Positions 52,464 to 61,605 are shown, counted from the stretch's first letter. The stretch: 64,000 nt of DNA from Clostridia bacterium (GCA_040772725.1 JAXGXR010000002.1:411570-475569), one strand, 5' to 3'. Numbers and translations: made by a program. The notes: a model not told the origin generated them from the letters alone.

Positions 52464-53552
52464 ATGACTAAAATGATTAAGCTCTTAAGTTTCACATTGT
52501 CCATTGTCATGCTTGTTTCGCTCATGAGCGCGTGTAATAGCGCAGCAACCACTGCGGCAACCACTGCGGCAACCACTGCGGCAACCACTGCGGCAACCAC
52601 CGCAGCAACAACTGCAGCTGGCTGGAAGCCAACCAGGCCTGTTACCATTTATTGTTGGTCAGCTGCTGGTGGTGGAACAGATTTATCCAATAGAGCTTTG
52701 GCTGCATTCTATCAAGAGCATTTTGGCGTATCATTCTCTGTCGTTAATATGACAGGTGGCGGCGGCGGTATTGCTGCCAATCATGTTTATAATCAGCCTC
52801 GCGATGGATATACGCTGATGGGAATGTCTGAAGGTATTCACGCGATGGGTGTGATGGGTGCATTTGATCAAAAAACAGACATATTTGAAACCATGATGGT
52901 CTATACCACAGAAGGCGCTCTTGCAGTTAGATCGGATTCTCCTTATAAAACAATCGAAGATCTGGTCGAAGCTTCAAAAACCAAGGACATTAAAGTGGCT
53001 GCATCACAACAAGGAAGCGTTTGGGCGATTAAACTTGCTCAAATTATTGAAGCAACCGGTGCAAAATTTAACCGGTTGCCGTATGAGGGATCAAGCCAGT
53101 CCATGGTCGCCTTGCTTTCCGGTGAAGTGGATGCCTGTCTAGTTGGCTTGGCTGAAATGGCCGAATATGTTCAAGCTAAAAAAATGACACCGCTTGCCCT
53201 TGCAGAAAGAAAAGCTGTAACTCTCAAAGGATATGGAGAAATTCCTGCTATTGCAACAAGCTATCCGAAATTTAATGATCTTCCGGTTGCCATGCAGTGG
53301 GTCGGTCAAGGGCTATTTGTTGATACACCTGAAGAGATCAAGAAAGCTTATCACGAAGCGTTTGAACTTGCCATCAAGTCCAAATACATTACAGATCTTG
53401 CCGAAACAAAAGGATTTACCATTCTTGGTCTCCACAATGAGGAGTCTGCAAAGATTGCGAAAGAACTGGATTCAATCTTTGCATGGACAGTTTGGGATGC
53501 CGGTCTGGCACAGAAATCTCCTGAGGTTTATGGCATTCCGCGTATAGGTTAA
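52464..53552 (+). CDS. tctC: tripartite tricarboxylate transporter substrate-binding lipoprotein (TctC/Bug family)
   Basis: Lipobox LMSAC, an (AATT)6 linker, then a Bug-family fold (YCWSAAGGGTDLSNRALA..., YEGSSQSMVALLSGEVDA). GGAGGA RBS. Confidence 0.88.
   Translation: MTKMIKLLSFTLSIVMLVSLMSACNSAATTAATTAATTAATTAATTAATTAAGWKPTRPVTIYCWSAAGGGTDLSNRALAAFYQEHFGVSFSVVNMTGGGGGIAANHVYNQPRDGYTLMGMSEGIHAMGVMGAFDQKTDIFETMMVYTTEGALAVRSDSPYKTIEDLVEASKTKDIKVAASQQGSVWAIKLAQIIEATGAKFNRLPYEGSSQSMVALLSGEVDACLVGLAEMAEYVQAKKMTPLALAERKAVTLKGYGEIPAIATSYPKFNDLPVAMQWVGQGLFVDTPEEIKKAYHEAFELAIKSKYITDLAETKGFTILGLHNEESAKIAKELDSIFAWTVWDAGLAQKSPEVYGIPRIG
52542..52619 (+). repeat. 12-nt tandem repeat (GCAACCACTGCG) x4 perfect + 2 degenerate, encoding (AATT)n
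   Basis: Read directly from the sequence. It lies just after the lipoprotein Cys of TctC. Confidence 0.95.
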
Positions 53553-53591
53553 CAGGCCGGGTATATCAAAAGATACTATTAAGATTATGGG

Positions 53592-54155
53592 GTGAGCAAT
53601 GTGAACGATATCACCGAAAAAAACAATATTGAGGTCGCTACAGAACAAGCCGACAATGAGTCAACAAAACAACAATATAAAATGGACTTGGCAAGCAGCG
53701 TTGTTCTACTTGCGGTGAGTTTGTTCTTTCTGATTGGTGGTTTGATGATGCCTGTTGAGGAGATGACCGGGTCTGCTGAAAGATGGTTTACAGCTCCTGG
53801 AATATTTCCCATATTTGTTGGTGGTGTGCTCACATTGCTCTCCTTGATACTACTTGCTCGATCAATCATTAAAACGGGAAAAATTGACAGCAATGATTTA
53901 AGCAAGGCAAGGAATTACCTCAAAAGCAAGCATTTCCAGCGATTTGCTTTCGCACTCGGCCTACTAACCATCTATATTGTCGTCATGATTGGGCGTGTTC
54001 ATTATGCAATTGCGACCTTCATCTATTTATTGGCGACTATGTTGGTGTTTAGGAGAAAAGGATTCAAATTTTGGAAAATGCTAATAATTGCAATTCTTTT
54101 CACTTTGGCTGTTACCTATGGCTTTGGCAATCTTGCGATGATCCCGCTACCGTAG
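53592..54155 (+). CDS. tctB: tripartite tricarboxylate transporter small membrane subunit (TctB family)
   Basis: 187 aa with 4 TM helices, positioned between tctC and tctA. The start is uncertain. Confidence 0.75.
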   Translation: MSNVNDITEKNNIEVATEQADNESTKQQYKMDLASSVVLLAVSLFFLIGGLMMPVEEMTGSAERWFTAPGIFPIFVGGVLTLLSLILLARSIIKTGKIDSNDLSKARNYLKSKHFQRFAFALGLLTIYIVVMIGRVHYAIATFIYLLATMLVFRRKGFKFWKMLIIAILFTLAVTYGFGNLAMIPLP

Positions 54156-54170
54156 AAAGGAAGTAATTCA

Positions 54171-55700
54171 ATGCAGCAAGTCATTACATTATTCAATGCA
54201 TTGATCAGTTTAATCACCATTGAAAACGTCCTCATTCTCTCGATCAGTTCTGTAGCGGGAATAATCATTGGTGCGCTTCCTGGGCTAACAGCCACAATGG
54301 GTATTGCGTTGCTTACAGGATTGACATATGGCTTAAAGACAGAAATTGCTCTAATAGTGCTAATTGGAATCTATGTTGGTGCAATCTACGGAGGTTCGAT
54401 TTCAGCCATTCTTATTGGCATACCTGGAACAGGTTCAGCAGCAGCAACCATTTTGGACGGCAACAAACTAGCCCTCAAAGGTGAAGGGAAAATTGCTTTG
54501 AATCTCGCTACAGTCGCATCGTTCATAGGCACTCTATTTGGCATGGTTTGCCTTGCAATATTTACTCCATTGCTTCAGGATGTTGCTTTGAACTTTACAT
54601 CTGTCGAGTATTCTCTGCTTGCAATATTTGGCGTTACCATATGTGGCTCGCTAACTTCTGCAGGAGAACCACTGAAAGGATGGATTGGTGGATTTTTAGG
54701 ATTGGCGATTTCCTGTATCGGGTTTGAAGGCATTTACGCTTATCCAAGATTTACATTTGGTGTTGTTGGGTTGTTTGGTGGAATAGCCATGGTTTCAGCC
54801 ATGATCGGTCTATTTGGAATTCCAAGTATTTTGTCTGAACTTGCAGCGGGCGATACAGGCACAAAAGTAGTTCAAATAGACAAGAGACAATCAGCAAGAA
54901 CAGGAGGATTAATTAAAAAGCACATAGGTTTGATCCTCCGTTCAGGTGTGATCGGGACATTCATCGGTGCGATTCCTGGGGTTGGTGAAGACGTTGCAGC
55001 GTGGCTTTCTTATGACTCGGCAAAAAAGACAAGCAAGAACCCTGAAAAATTCGGCAAAGGTGCCTATGAAGGAGTTATCGCTGCTGAAACGGCCAATAAC
55101 TCAGCAATCGGCGGAGCGATGATTCCGCTTCTGAGTTTAGCTGTTCCCGGAAGCGCCCCCACTGCGGTCCTTCTAGGTGCCCTGGTTTTACACGGAATTC
55201 GGCCTGGTCCCATGTTAAATTTCGAATTTCCCAATTTTATCATTGAAATGGTTGCCCTGCTTATTCTGGCTTCATTGTGCATGCGCATTTTTGGATATCT
55301 TATCTGCCAAGTTGCGCCTAAAATTCTCAGTGTACCAACATTCATTTTAATGCCTGTCGTTGGTGTGTTGTCCGTCATTGGCAGTTACGCAATCAATATC
55401 AATACTTTTGATCTTTATGTCATGTTTGCTTTTGGTATAGTTGGATATTTTCTGGAGAAACAGAAGTACCCTGCGGCCCCCATCGTACTCGGCATCATAC
55501 TTGGGCCAATGGCAGACACAAACATTCGACGTACGCTTATGGCTTCAAGCGGCAGTCTGACACCTTTCTTTACCAGACCGATAGCGATAGTGATTAACCT
55601 TATGATCCTATACGCCATTCTCGGACAGATTCCTGCTGTGACAAAGTTTACGAAAAAAATCACGAAAAAAATCTTCCAAAGAAACGCAAACGCAGTCTAA
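54171..55700 (+). CDS. tctA: tripartite tricarboxylate transporter permease (TctA family)
   Basis: 509 aa and polytopic. GALPGLTATMGIALL and GAIPGVGEDVAAWLSY are characteristic of TctA. Confidence 0.9.
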   Translation: MQQVITLFNALISLITIENVLILSISSVAGIIIGALPGLTATMGIALLTGLTYGLKTEIALIVLIGIYVGAIYGGSISAILIGIPGTGSAAATILDGNKLALKGEGKIALNLATVASFIGTLFGMVCLAIFTPLLQDVALNFTSVEYSLLAIFGVTICGSLTSAGEPLKGWIGGFLGLAISCIGFEGIYAYPRFTFGVVGLFGGIAMVSAMIGLFGIPSILSELAAGDTGTKVVQIDKRQSARTGGLIKKHIGLILRSGVIGTFIGAIPGVGEDVAAWLSYDSAKKTSKNPEKFGKGAYEGVIAAETANNSAIGGAMIPLLSLAVPGSAPTAVLLGALVLHGIRPGPMLNFEFPNFIIEMVALLILASLCMRIFGYLICQVAPKILSVPTFILMPVVGVLSVIGSYAININTFDLYVMFAFGIVGYFLEKQKYPAAPIVLGIILGPMADTNIRRTLMASSGSLTPFFTRPIAIVINLMILYAILGQIPAVTKFTKKITKKIFQRNANAV

Positions 55701-55726
55701 ACATTAAACTGCGGAAAGGCAGAACG

Positions 55727-56608
55727 ATGAAACGATCTGATATTGTAAATGAGATTACCGCATATTTTAATTCTCAGCATTGGAATGACATTATAAATGT
55801 GTATAAAAATCCAGACGAGCCGATCTATCATTTTCATGCATTTGTTGATAATCAGGTTGAATACCATGGACTTCAGACAATATTCGAAGCTAATTTTAGA
55901 AAGCATGGGTTAGTATTGGATCGAGAAATCGATCATGTTGGGCCGGGTCCTGGCCGAGCGGCACTGCACGGTATACACCCGTACGGAAAAGGGTTTGTCC
56001 CACTGCTCGATTGGTTTTGGGAATATAGTGATAAAGTCGTTTTGCGTCCAATGGATAATGGCCGGGGAGAGATGGGCACGAATCTTTTGTCCTGGGGCAA
56101 AGCATACATGGACAAATGGTTCGAGCAGTTTCAGTTCAAGTGTGTCGGATACGACGAAGAAGAGCAAATACATGATTGGTTTAACAGAAGCAAGCAATGG
56201 AAAGAGTTAACATACCTGATTGAAAACTTCGAAAAGGAAGGAATCGCTCATTTGCATTGCAACACCGAAATCAATTTTGATCCGAAGATACTGGATCTGT
56301 TTGCTCGACAGGAAATGAAAAAAATTGGATGGACTATCTGTAATGCGACTCCATGCGTATATAAGGTCGGCGATACATATAGAGGAAAGATTACGTACTC
56401 GTTGGCGCATCCAGAAGAGGTCTTTGACATTTCATGGCTTTATAATCCGGATGTCGTCATAAGACCGAGTACGCAAACGTTTGTATTCAATGATCGTCCG
56501 GATTTTGACATATGGACTGTAAAAATGTTCGAAGACACTGCTGTACGTGGCGGGAAATACATCGAGTTAACTGATACGGAAATTAATGAAATAATTGCAT
56601 CATTCTAA
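55727..56608 (+). CDS. uncharacterised protein, paralog A (293 aa, conserved His/Cys motifs)
   Basis: GAAAGG RBS. It aligns end to end with the product of 57553..58425 (shared blocks S.HW.D, YH.H..VD, LSWGK.Y, SKQWKE, H.HCN.E.NFDP, HPE.VFDI.W, E.IASF-COOH). I recognise no known family. Confidence 0.8.
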   Translation: MKRSDIVNEITAYFNSQHWNDIINVYKNPDEPIYHFHAFVDNQVEYHGLQTIFEANFRKHGLVLDREIDHVGPGPGRAALHGIHPYGKGFVPLLDWFWEYSDKVVLRPMDNGRGEMGTNLLSWGKAYMDKWFEQFQFKCVGYDEEEQIHDWFNRSKQWKELTYLIENFEKEGIAHLHCNTEINFDPKILDLFARQEMKKIGWTICNATPCVYKVGDTYRGKITYSLAHPEEVFDISWLYNPDVVIRPSTQTFVFNDRPDFDIWTVKMFEDTAVRGGKYIELTDTEINEIIASF

Positions 56609-56634
56609 ATATGACATTCACGGAGGGTAGGGCA

Positions 56635-57528
56635 TTGAAAAAAATCGGTTTTATTGGCTTGGGCAACATGGGTAAGTCTATGGCGCGTAATTTATTAAAA
56701 GGGGGATATGAAGTAACAGTTTTTGACATTCGGGCTGAGGCTATTGAGGAATTGAAAAAAGAAGGCGCGAAAGGTGCTTCAAGTCTGAGTGAAGTCGGTT
56801 CAGACGCAGATACAGTTTTTGTCATGGTGCTCAATGTAAAACAGGTCGAAGCAGTCACACTTGGCGAAAACGGCGCAATCAGCGGGATGAAGCCAGGAAG
56901 TACACTCATTGTGACAAGCACCATCGCACCATCAGAAATCCAAAAGATTGCGGATATTGCCTCTGAAAAAGGCATTGACACGATTGATTCGCCTGTTAGT
57001 GGCGGAACAGGTCGCGCTGCGGATGGTTCGCTTGTGATGATGGTATCATGCGAAGACTCTGTTTATGAAAAGTGCAAGGATGCATTGTTGACAGTTGGCT
57101 CGAATACTATCAGAGTTGGCAAGAAAATTGGTATGGGTCAAACAGTGAAAGCGGCAAATCAACTTCTGGTTTCAATTCATGTTGTAGCAACAGCTGAAGC
57201 GATGGTTTTAGCAACAAAAGCCGGTGTTGATCCGGAACTGCTATTCGAGGTCATCAAGAAGAGTGTGGGTACAAGTTTCATGTTTGAACAAAAAGTACCT
57301 TTGATCCTCGCACGTGATTTCAGAAATCGAGGTGCACTGGACATTCAGATCAAAGACTTGGATATATGTTTGAAAATGGGCAGAGAATTAGATGTACCGC
57401 TTTACCTGTCTGCGCTATCTCGGGAATTATTTATCATGGCTGAAGGCAAAGGCTATGGCCGTGAAGACTTATGTGCAGTTACAAAGTTGCTTGAAGAAGT
57501 TGCTCACGTAGAAGTCAAAAAACAATAA
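56635..57528 (+). CDS. NAD(P)-dependent beta-hydroxyacid dehydrogenase (3-hydroxyisobutyrate / tartronate-semialdehyde reductase family)
   Basis: KKIGFIGLGNMGKSMARNLLKGGYEVTVFD, DSPVSGG and GQTVKAANQ. The probable start is TTG 56635, 7 nt after GGAGGG (the ORF track uses ATG 56611). Confidence 0.88.
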   Translation: MKKIGFIGLGNMGKSMARNLLKGGYEVTVFDIRAEAIEELKKEGAKGASSLSEVGSDADTVFVMVLNVKQVEAVTLGENGAISGMKPGSTLIVTSTIAPSEIQKIADIASEKGIDTIDSPVSGGTGRAADGSLVMMVSCEDSVYEKCKDALLTVGSNTIRVGKKIGMGQTVKAANQLLVSIHVVATAEAMVLATKAGVDPELLFEVIKKSVGTSFMFEQKVPLILARDFRNRGALDIQIKDLDICLKMGRELDVPLYLSALSRELFIMAEGKGYGREDLCAVTKLLEEVAHVEVKKQ

Positions 57529-57552
57529 ATATGTCCTAAATAGAAGGAGGAA

Positions 57553-58425
57553 ATGGAAATGGCACAGAAACACGTTCAAGGTATTATCGACTATTTCAAA
57601 AGTGAACACTGGATGGATTTCATCACAAATCACCTGAGTTACCCTGATTCAGAAAAGGAACTGTATCATTCTCATGTTTACGTTGACATGAGTGTACATC
57701 CTGCGTCCATGCACCCGATCATGTATGCATACTGGGCAAAAAAAGGCTACCCAATGGAAAGAAGCATTGACCCTCAGTCTCCTAAACCGAAACAGGGTGG
57801 ACTTCATGGGTGTTGCCCTCTTGGCGTGACGAATTTCGACTTTTTCTTCCGCTACAATAAAGAAGTGGTTCTCGGGGCGATGCCGCCTGAGGCCAAAGAG
57901 GCTGAGCATGGCTACAACGCGCTTTCCTGGGGCAAAGAGTACCAAAATGAATTCTACAAGAAATTTGATTTTCAAGCTGTGGGACCACGCGAAATTGCGG
58001 AAATTAAAGCATGGCTTCGTTCGAAGCAATGGAAAGAGTGTTTGACTAACGTTATGAATCCAGAGATCACTCATTGCCATTGCAATGTTGAACTTAATTT
58101 CGATCCGGGCGTTATCATGGCTTATGCGATCGAGGATATGGCTACCAAAGGCTGGATCGTTGAGCGCGTCTATCCTTCCGTTTATGATGTACACGGCACC
58201 TATCAGGGGAAAATTGTTTTCCTCGTAGGACATCCTGAAAAGGTCTTTGATATCTGCTGGCGCTTCAATTCCGACGTGACCATTCAGCGTGCTACAGAAG
58301 GTTGGATCTTTGACACGCCAGGGTTTGATAACTGGTATCTGACAGGTTATAACAAAGTTATTGATGACGGTGACTTCTATGTAATGACACAAGAGGAAAT
58401 TGATGAGGTCATTGCATCCTTCTAG
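57553..58425 (+). CDS. uncharacterised protein, paralog B (290 aa)
   Basis: GAAGGAGG RBS (the start may be the second ATG, 57559). It is a paralog of 55727..56608. Confidence 0.8.
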   Translation: MEMAQKHVQGIIDYFKSEHWMDFITNHLSYPDSEKELYHSHVYVDMSVHPASMHPIMYAYWAKKGYPMERSIDPQSPKPKQGGLHGCCPLGVTNFDFFFRYNKEVVLGAMPPEAKEAEHGYNALSWGKEYQNEFYKKFDFQAVGPREIAEIKAWLRSKQWKECLTNVMNPEITHCHCNVELNFDPGVIMAYAIEDMATKGWIVERVYPSVYDVHGTYQGKIVFLVGHPEKVFDICWRFNSDVTIQRATEGWIFDTPGFDNWYLTGYNKVIDDGDFYVMTQEEIDEVIASF

Positions 58426-58472
58426 GCATGCAAAAAAATAACTATTAAACAATCTGATATATAACTAATTAC

Positions 58473-58519
58473 GAGGAGGGTGACCTTAAGATTGACTCCG
58501 GCAATCAGTCACCCTCCTC
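58473..58519. other. 12-bp perfect inverted repeat (hairpin) downstream of paralog B
   Basis: GAGGAGGGTGAC, 23 nt, then GTCACCCTCCTC. There is no U-tract. Confidence 0.6.
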
Positions 58520-58591
58520 CATATCACTGAAATGTGTTCGATGTGCAATTGATCACAGTTCAAAAAACTCAATCCAACAGAGGAGATGTCA

Positions 58592-59311
58592 ATGGATAAA
58601 CTGACGATGGATCAAATTGAAGAATTGAGAGCCTTCGATACCCCAACAATCTGCAACGCGCTTGAATTTTTCGGTATCCGTCCAAAGACAGAAGGCTTCA
58701 TGACTCCGGACATCAAGTGCATCTTGCCTTATGGCAAGACCATGATCGGCTATGCCTGTAACGCCAAGGTTTCTGCAAACGCACCGGCGATGACCAGCCA
58801 GCCGGACATCTGGATGGGCTATTACGCTAAGCTGCAGACAACGACCCGTCCGGCGATCGCTGTCATCCAGGACATCGATGAAAAACCGATCGGTTCATTT
58901 TGGGGCGAGGTGAACGCCACGTGTCACAAATCTCTCGGTTGCGTTGGCACGATCACCAATGGCGGAGTCCGTGACCTTGCGGAAGTAGAAATGCTGCCGT
59001 TTGGCTTTTTTGCTAGCACCGTCCTCGTCTCCCACGCCTATATACATATCGAGGAGTATGATTGCCCGGTCGAGGTTGGTGGACTGACGGTTCAGCCCGG
59101 CGATTTGCTGGCTGCGGATCGCCACGGCGTGATTCTAATCCCTCATGAAGTTGCCAAACGCCTGGCCAAAGCCTGTAGAATGGCCGGCGCAGCTGAAATG
59201 CCGGTTCTAGAAGGCTGCCGCAAAGCGATTGCGGATAATCGTGAGGTCGATCTTGGTGAGCTCCGTCAATGGCGCAAAGAGATGGCCCAGTTGAGGAATG
59301 TGAAACCGTGA
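58592..59311 (+). CDS. RraA-family protein (HMG/CHA-aldolase / oxaloacetate-decarboxylase-like)
   Basis: FDTPTICNALE...GSFWGEVNATCHKSLGCVGTITNGGVRD is the RraA/DlpA-fold signature. The start is ATG 58592, 6 nt after GAGGAG. Confidence 0.82.
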   Translation: MDKLTMDQIEELRAFDTPTICNALEFFGIRPKTEGFMTPDIKCILPYGKTMIGYACNAKVSANAPAMTSQPDIWMGYYAKLQTTTRPAIAVIQDIDEKPIGSFWGEVNATCHKSLGCVGTITNGGVRDLAEVEMLPFGFFASTVLVSHAYIHIEEYDCPVEVGGLTVQPGDLLAADRHGVILIPHEVAKRLAKACRMAGAAEMPVLEGCRKAIADNREVDLGELRQWRKEMAQLRNVKP

Positions 59312-59441
59312 CTTCGTTTAATTAGGCAAAATTTTCAACATGCTATTCAATAAATACAAATATGGTTTGCATACTTCAATTCTGACAGAATAGGCTTCAT
59401 TTACCATGAATTATACAGACATTGCAAATGAATGACTGCTT

Positions 59442-60803
59442 TCAAACAAACAATGCTTCCCGAATCGCCTCGACGACGGTCGGGTGAGGGAAGACCGTCT
59501 TTTGCAGTTCCGCGATTGACAGTTTCCGGCCGACCATCAGGGTGGCCGCGTAAATGATCTCGGACGCGTAGTTGGCGATCAGGTGGACGCCCAGCAAGGT
59601 ATCGTCCGAGTTGTTCACGACCAGTTTGCAGATGCCGTCTCCGCCTTCGTTTTCAGCAACGTAGCGACCGCTGTAACGCATGGATAGCGTACGGACGGAG
59701 CAATCCAGTCCTTTTTCCCGGGCGCTTTGTTCCGTTTCGCCGACACCGGCAACTTCCGGGTTGGTGTAGATGACGGCTGGGATGGACCGGTAATCGACCT
59801 TGTCATCCTGACCAAGCAGGTTCGCAACCGCAACCTCTGCCTCCCGATAGGCCGTATGGGCGAGCATGGAGCGTCCGTTGACATCACCCGCCGCGTAAAC
59901 GCCGGGGACATTGGTCCGGCAGCGGTCATCGGTACGGATCGCGGCCCCATCCATTTCAACACCGATTGTCTCAAGCCCCAGCCCCTGTGACGATGGGCGG
60001 CGGCCGATCGAGACCAGCACTTGATCGCAGAATACGTCAATGTCGTTGCCGTTTTTCTGGTAGGTGACGCCGCCGTCACGAAACTCGGTGACTTTGCTGC
60101 CCAGTCTGAAGTCGATGCCCTTGCGGGAGAGGTTCTTTTGCAGGATCGCTGAGATCTCACAGTCGACTGGGCCGGCGATGTGGTCCAGCATCTCGATGAC
60201 CGTGACGCTGCTGCCGACTGATCGATAATAGGAGGCGATTTCCAGTCCGATGACGCCGCCACCGATGATCGCGATCGACGCCGGTACTGTCTTGATGGAG
60301 AGTGCCTCTCGACTGGTGATGGCGAAACCGCTGGCCAACGCTTCTTTCAGACCATAAATCGGGGGGAGGACCGGTTCTGAGCCGGCAGCGATCAGTAGGC
60401 TTTTACCCACGTAAGCCTCGTCTTTGGCCAGGATCGAAAAGCCGTCGTCTGACCGTCCCGTGACGCGCGCCTGTGCCAGGACCATGTCAACGCCCAGTGC
60501 GGTCAGTGTGGACTTCACGGAGCCGACGAGCATGCGGACAACCTTGTCCTTGCGGGCGATGACGGCCGTGTGATCGATCGTGATATCCTGGGTATGAACA
60601 CCGTACTTGCCGCCATTCCTGGCCCCGTCGAACAGTTTGGCGCTGTAAAGCAGCGTCTTGGTCGGTATGCATCCTTCATTGAGGCAGACTCCGCCCACAT
60701 TACGTTGTTCAAACAGCACAACTTTCAAGCCAGCCTGAGCCGCGCGTTCGGCTGCCAGATAACCGGCGGGACCGCCGCCAATGACTGCCAGGTCATAAAT
60801 CAT
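59442..60803 (-). CDS. lpdA: dihydrolipoyl dehydrogenase (E3)
   Basis: VIGGGPAGYLAAERAAQAG, a CLNEGCIPTK redox disulfide, IIGGGVIGLE and C-terminal HPT. Confidence 0.93.
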   Translation of the reverse strand: MIYDLAVIGGGPAGYLAAERAAQAGLKVVLFEQRNVGGVCLNEGCIPTKTLLYSAKLFDGARNGGKYGVHTQDITIDHTAVIARKDKVVRMLVGSVKSTLTALGVDMVLAQARVTGRSDDGFSILAKDEAYVGKSLLIAAGSEPVLPPIYGLKEALASGFAITSREALSIKTVPASIAIIGGGVIGLEIASYYRSVGSSVTVIEMLDHIAGPVDCEISAILQKNLSRKGIDFRLGSKVTEFRDGGVTYQKNGNDIDVFCDQVLVSIGRRPSSQGLGLETIGVEMDGAAIRTDDRCRTNVPGVYAAGDVNGRSMLAHTAYREAEVAVANLLGQDDKVDYRSIPAVIYTNPEVAGVGETEQSAREKGLDCSVRTLSMRYSGRYVAENEGGDGICKLVVNNSDDTLLGVHLIANYASEIIYAATLMVGRKLSIAELQKTVFPHPTVVEAIREALFV

Positions 60804-60838
60804 GATGGATTACCCTCCAAGTCCGTTCATTCGTGGAT

Positions 60839-61579
60839 TCAGCGAACCTCACCGGTTCCGGCTGTCGCCAGTCCGGGCGTGCGCTTCAGGATGTTCAAGG
60901 CCGATGTCGCATACAGGTACTCGACCGATTTTTGCAGGTGATCGGCAAGCGTTTCCTTCAAAGCACCGACATCGCCTTCAGCGATGGCGTGGACAATCGA
61001 CGCGTGTTCGGCGATCGATTGCTGGTAGCGCAGCTCCGACAGCAACTGCTGGGCACTGACGATTTTGTAGTAGAAGACGCCGTTGACCTTGAGGTTCTGG
61101 TACATCTGGTAAAGTTTCTGGTTGCCACAGGCCTGGATCAGATGCTGATGAAACTGACCTTCACTGGCAAAAAAAGTCTGGAAGTTGTCTTTTACGGCCT
61201 CGGAGTAGCCACCCTTGGCGACTGCCTGCTCCAGACGCCGTATCTCCTTGAGATAGGCCGGTTCAGACCTGGCTTTGGCGATCACTTTGTCGGCACAGTA
61301 GAGTTCGACCATTTTCCGGATTTCATAGGTATCCGCAATTTCATTCATGTCCAGTTCGCGGACCTTCATGCCACGTCTGGGCATGAACTCGACGTATCCT
61401 TCCATGACCAGGCGGTTGAGCGCTTCGTTGATCGGCGTATGGCTGACGACGAGTCGTTCGGAAATCCGACTGACGACCAGGCGTTCGCCGGAAGCGTAGA
61501 TCCCCGAAAGTATATCGCCCTTGATCCGGTCGTAGACCATGTCCAGCAAGGAAAGGTTTTTGTAGCTTTCCAGATCCAT
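60839..61579 (-). CDS. GntR-family (FadR/FCD-type) transcriptional regulator
   Basis: Winged HTH (ISERLVVSHTPINEALNRLVMEGYVEF) plus an all-helical FCD domain. GAGGAG RBS before ATG 61579. Confidence 0.88.
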   Translation of the reverse strand: MDLESYKNLSLLDMVYDRIKGDILSGIYASGERLVVSRISERLVVSHTPINEALNRLVMEGYVEFMPRRGMKVRELDMNEIADTYEIRKMVELYCADKVIAKARSEPAYLKEIRRLEQAVAKGGYSEAVKDNFQTFFASEGQFHQHLIQACGNQKLYQMYQNLKVNGVFYYKIVSAQQLLSELRYQQSIAEHASIVHAIAEGDVGALKETLADHLQKSVEYLYATSALNILKRTPGLATAGTGEVR

Positions 61580-61605
61580 GTTGCCATCTCCTCGTGCAAG
61601 CAGGC

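Noticed and set aside
52268-52471. 67-aa ORF between lacI and tctC.
   Set aside because: It has no RBS and overlaps the tctC RBS and start, as well as the region expected to hold the tctC promoter. Its composition is not protein-like.
52542-52619. The regular 12-nt repeats were checked as a possible CRISPR or other non-coding array.
   Set aside because: The units are contiguous with no spacers, lie in frame within the tctC lipoprotein gene, and encode an AATT linker. The antisense AAVV ORF (52457..52648) is a mirror artefact.
48768-59441. AT-rich island considered as a prophage, ICE or anti-phage defence island.
   Set aside because: All recognisable products are transporters, a sugar-type regulator and small-molecule oxidoreductases or an aldolase. 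There are no nucleases, helicases, methyltransferases, toxins, structural phage genes or recombinases. It is interpreted as a catabolic island instead.
61420-61500. Apparent internal duplication ERLVVSRIS / ERLVVSHTP in the GntR regulator, considered as a possible tandem duplication or assembly artefact.
   Set aside because: The segment has exactly the length and spacing of a normal GntR winged-HTH (G..L..E..L....L.VS.TP...AL), so nothing is inserted. The similarity is local and coincidental.
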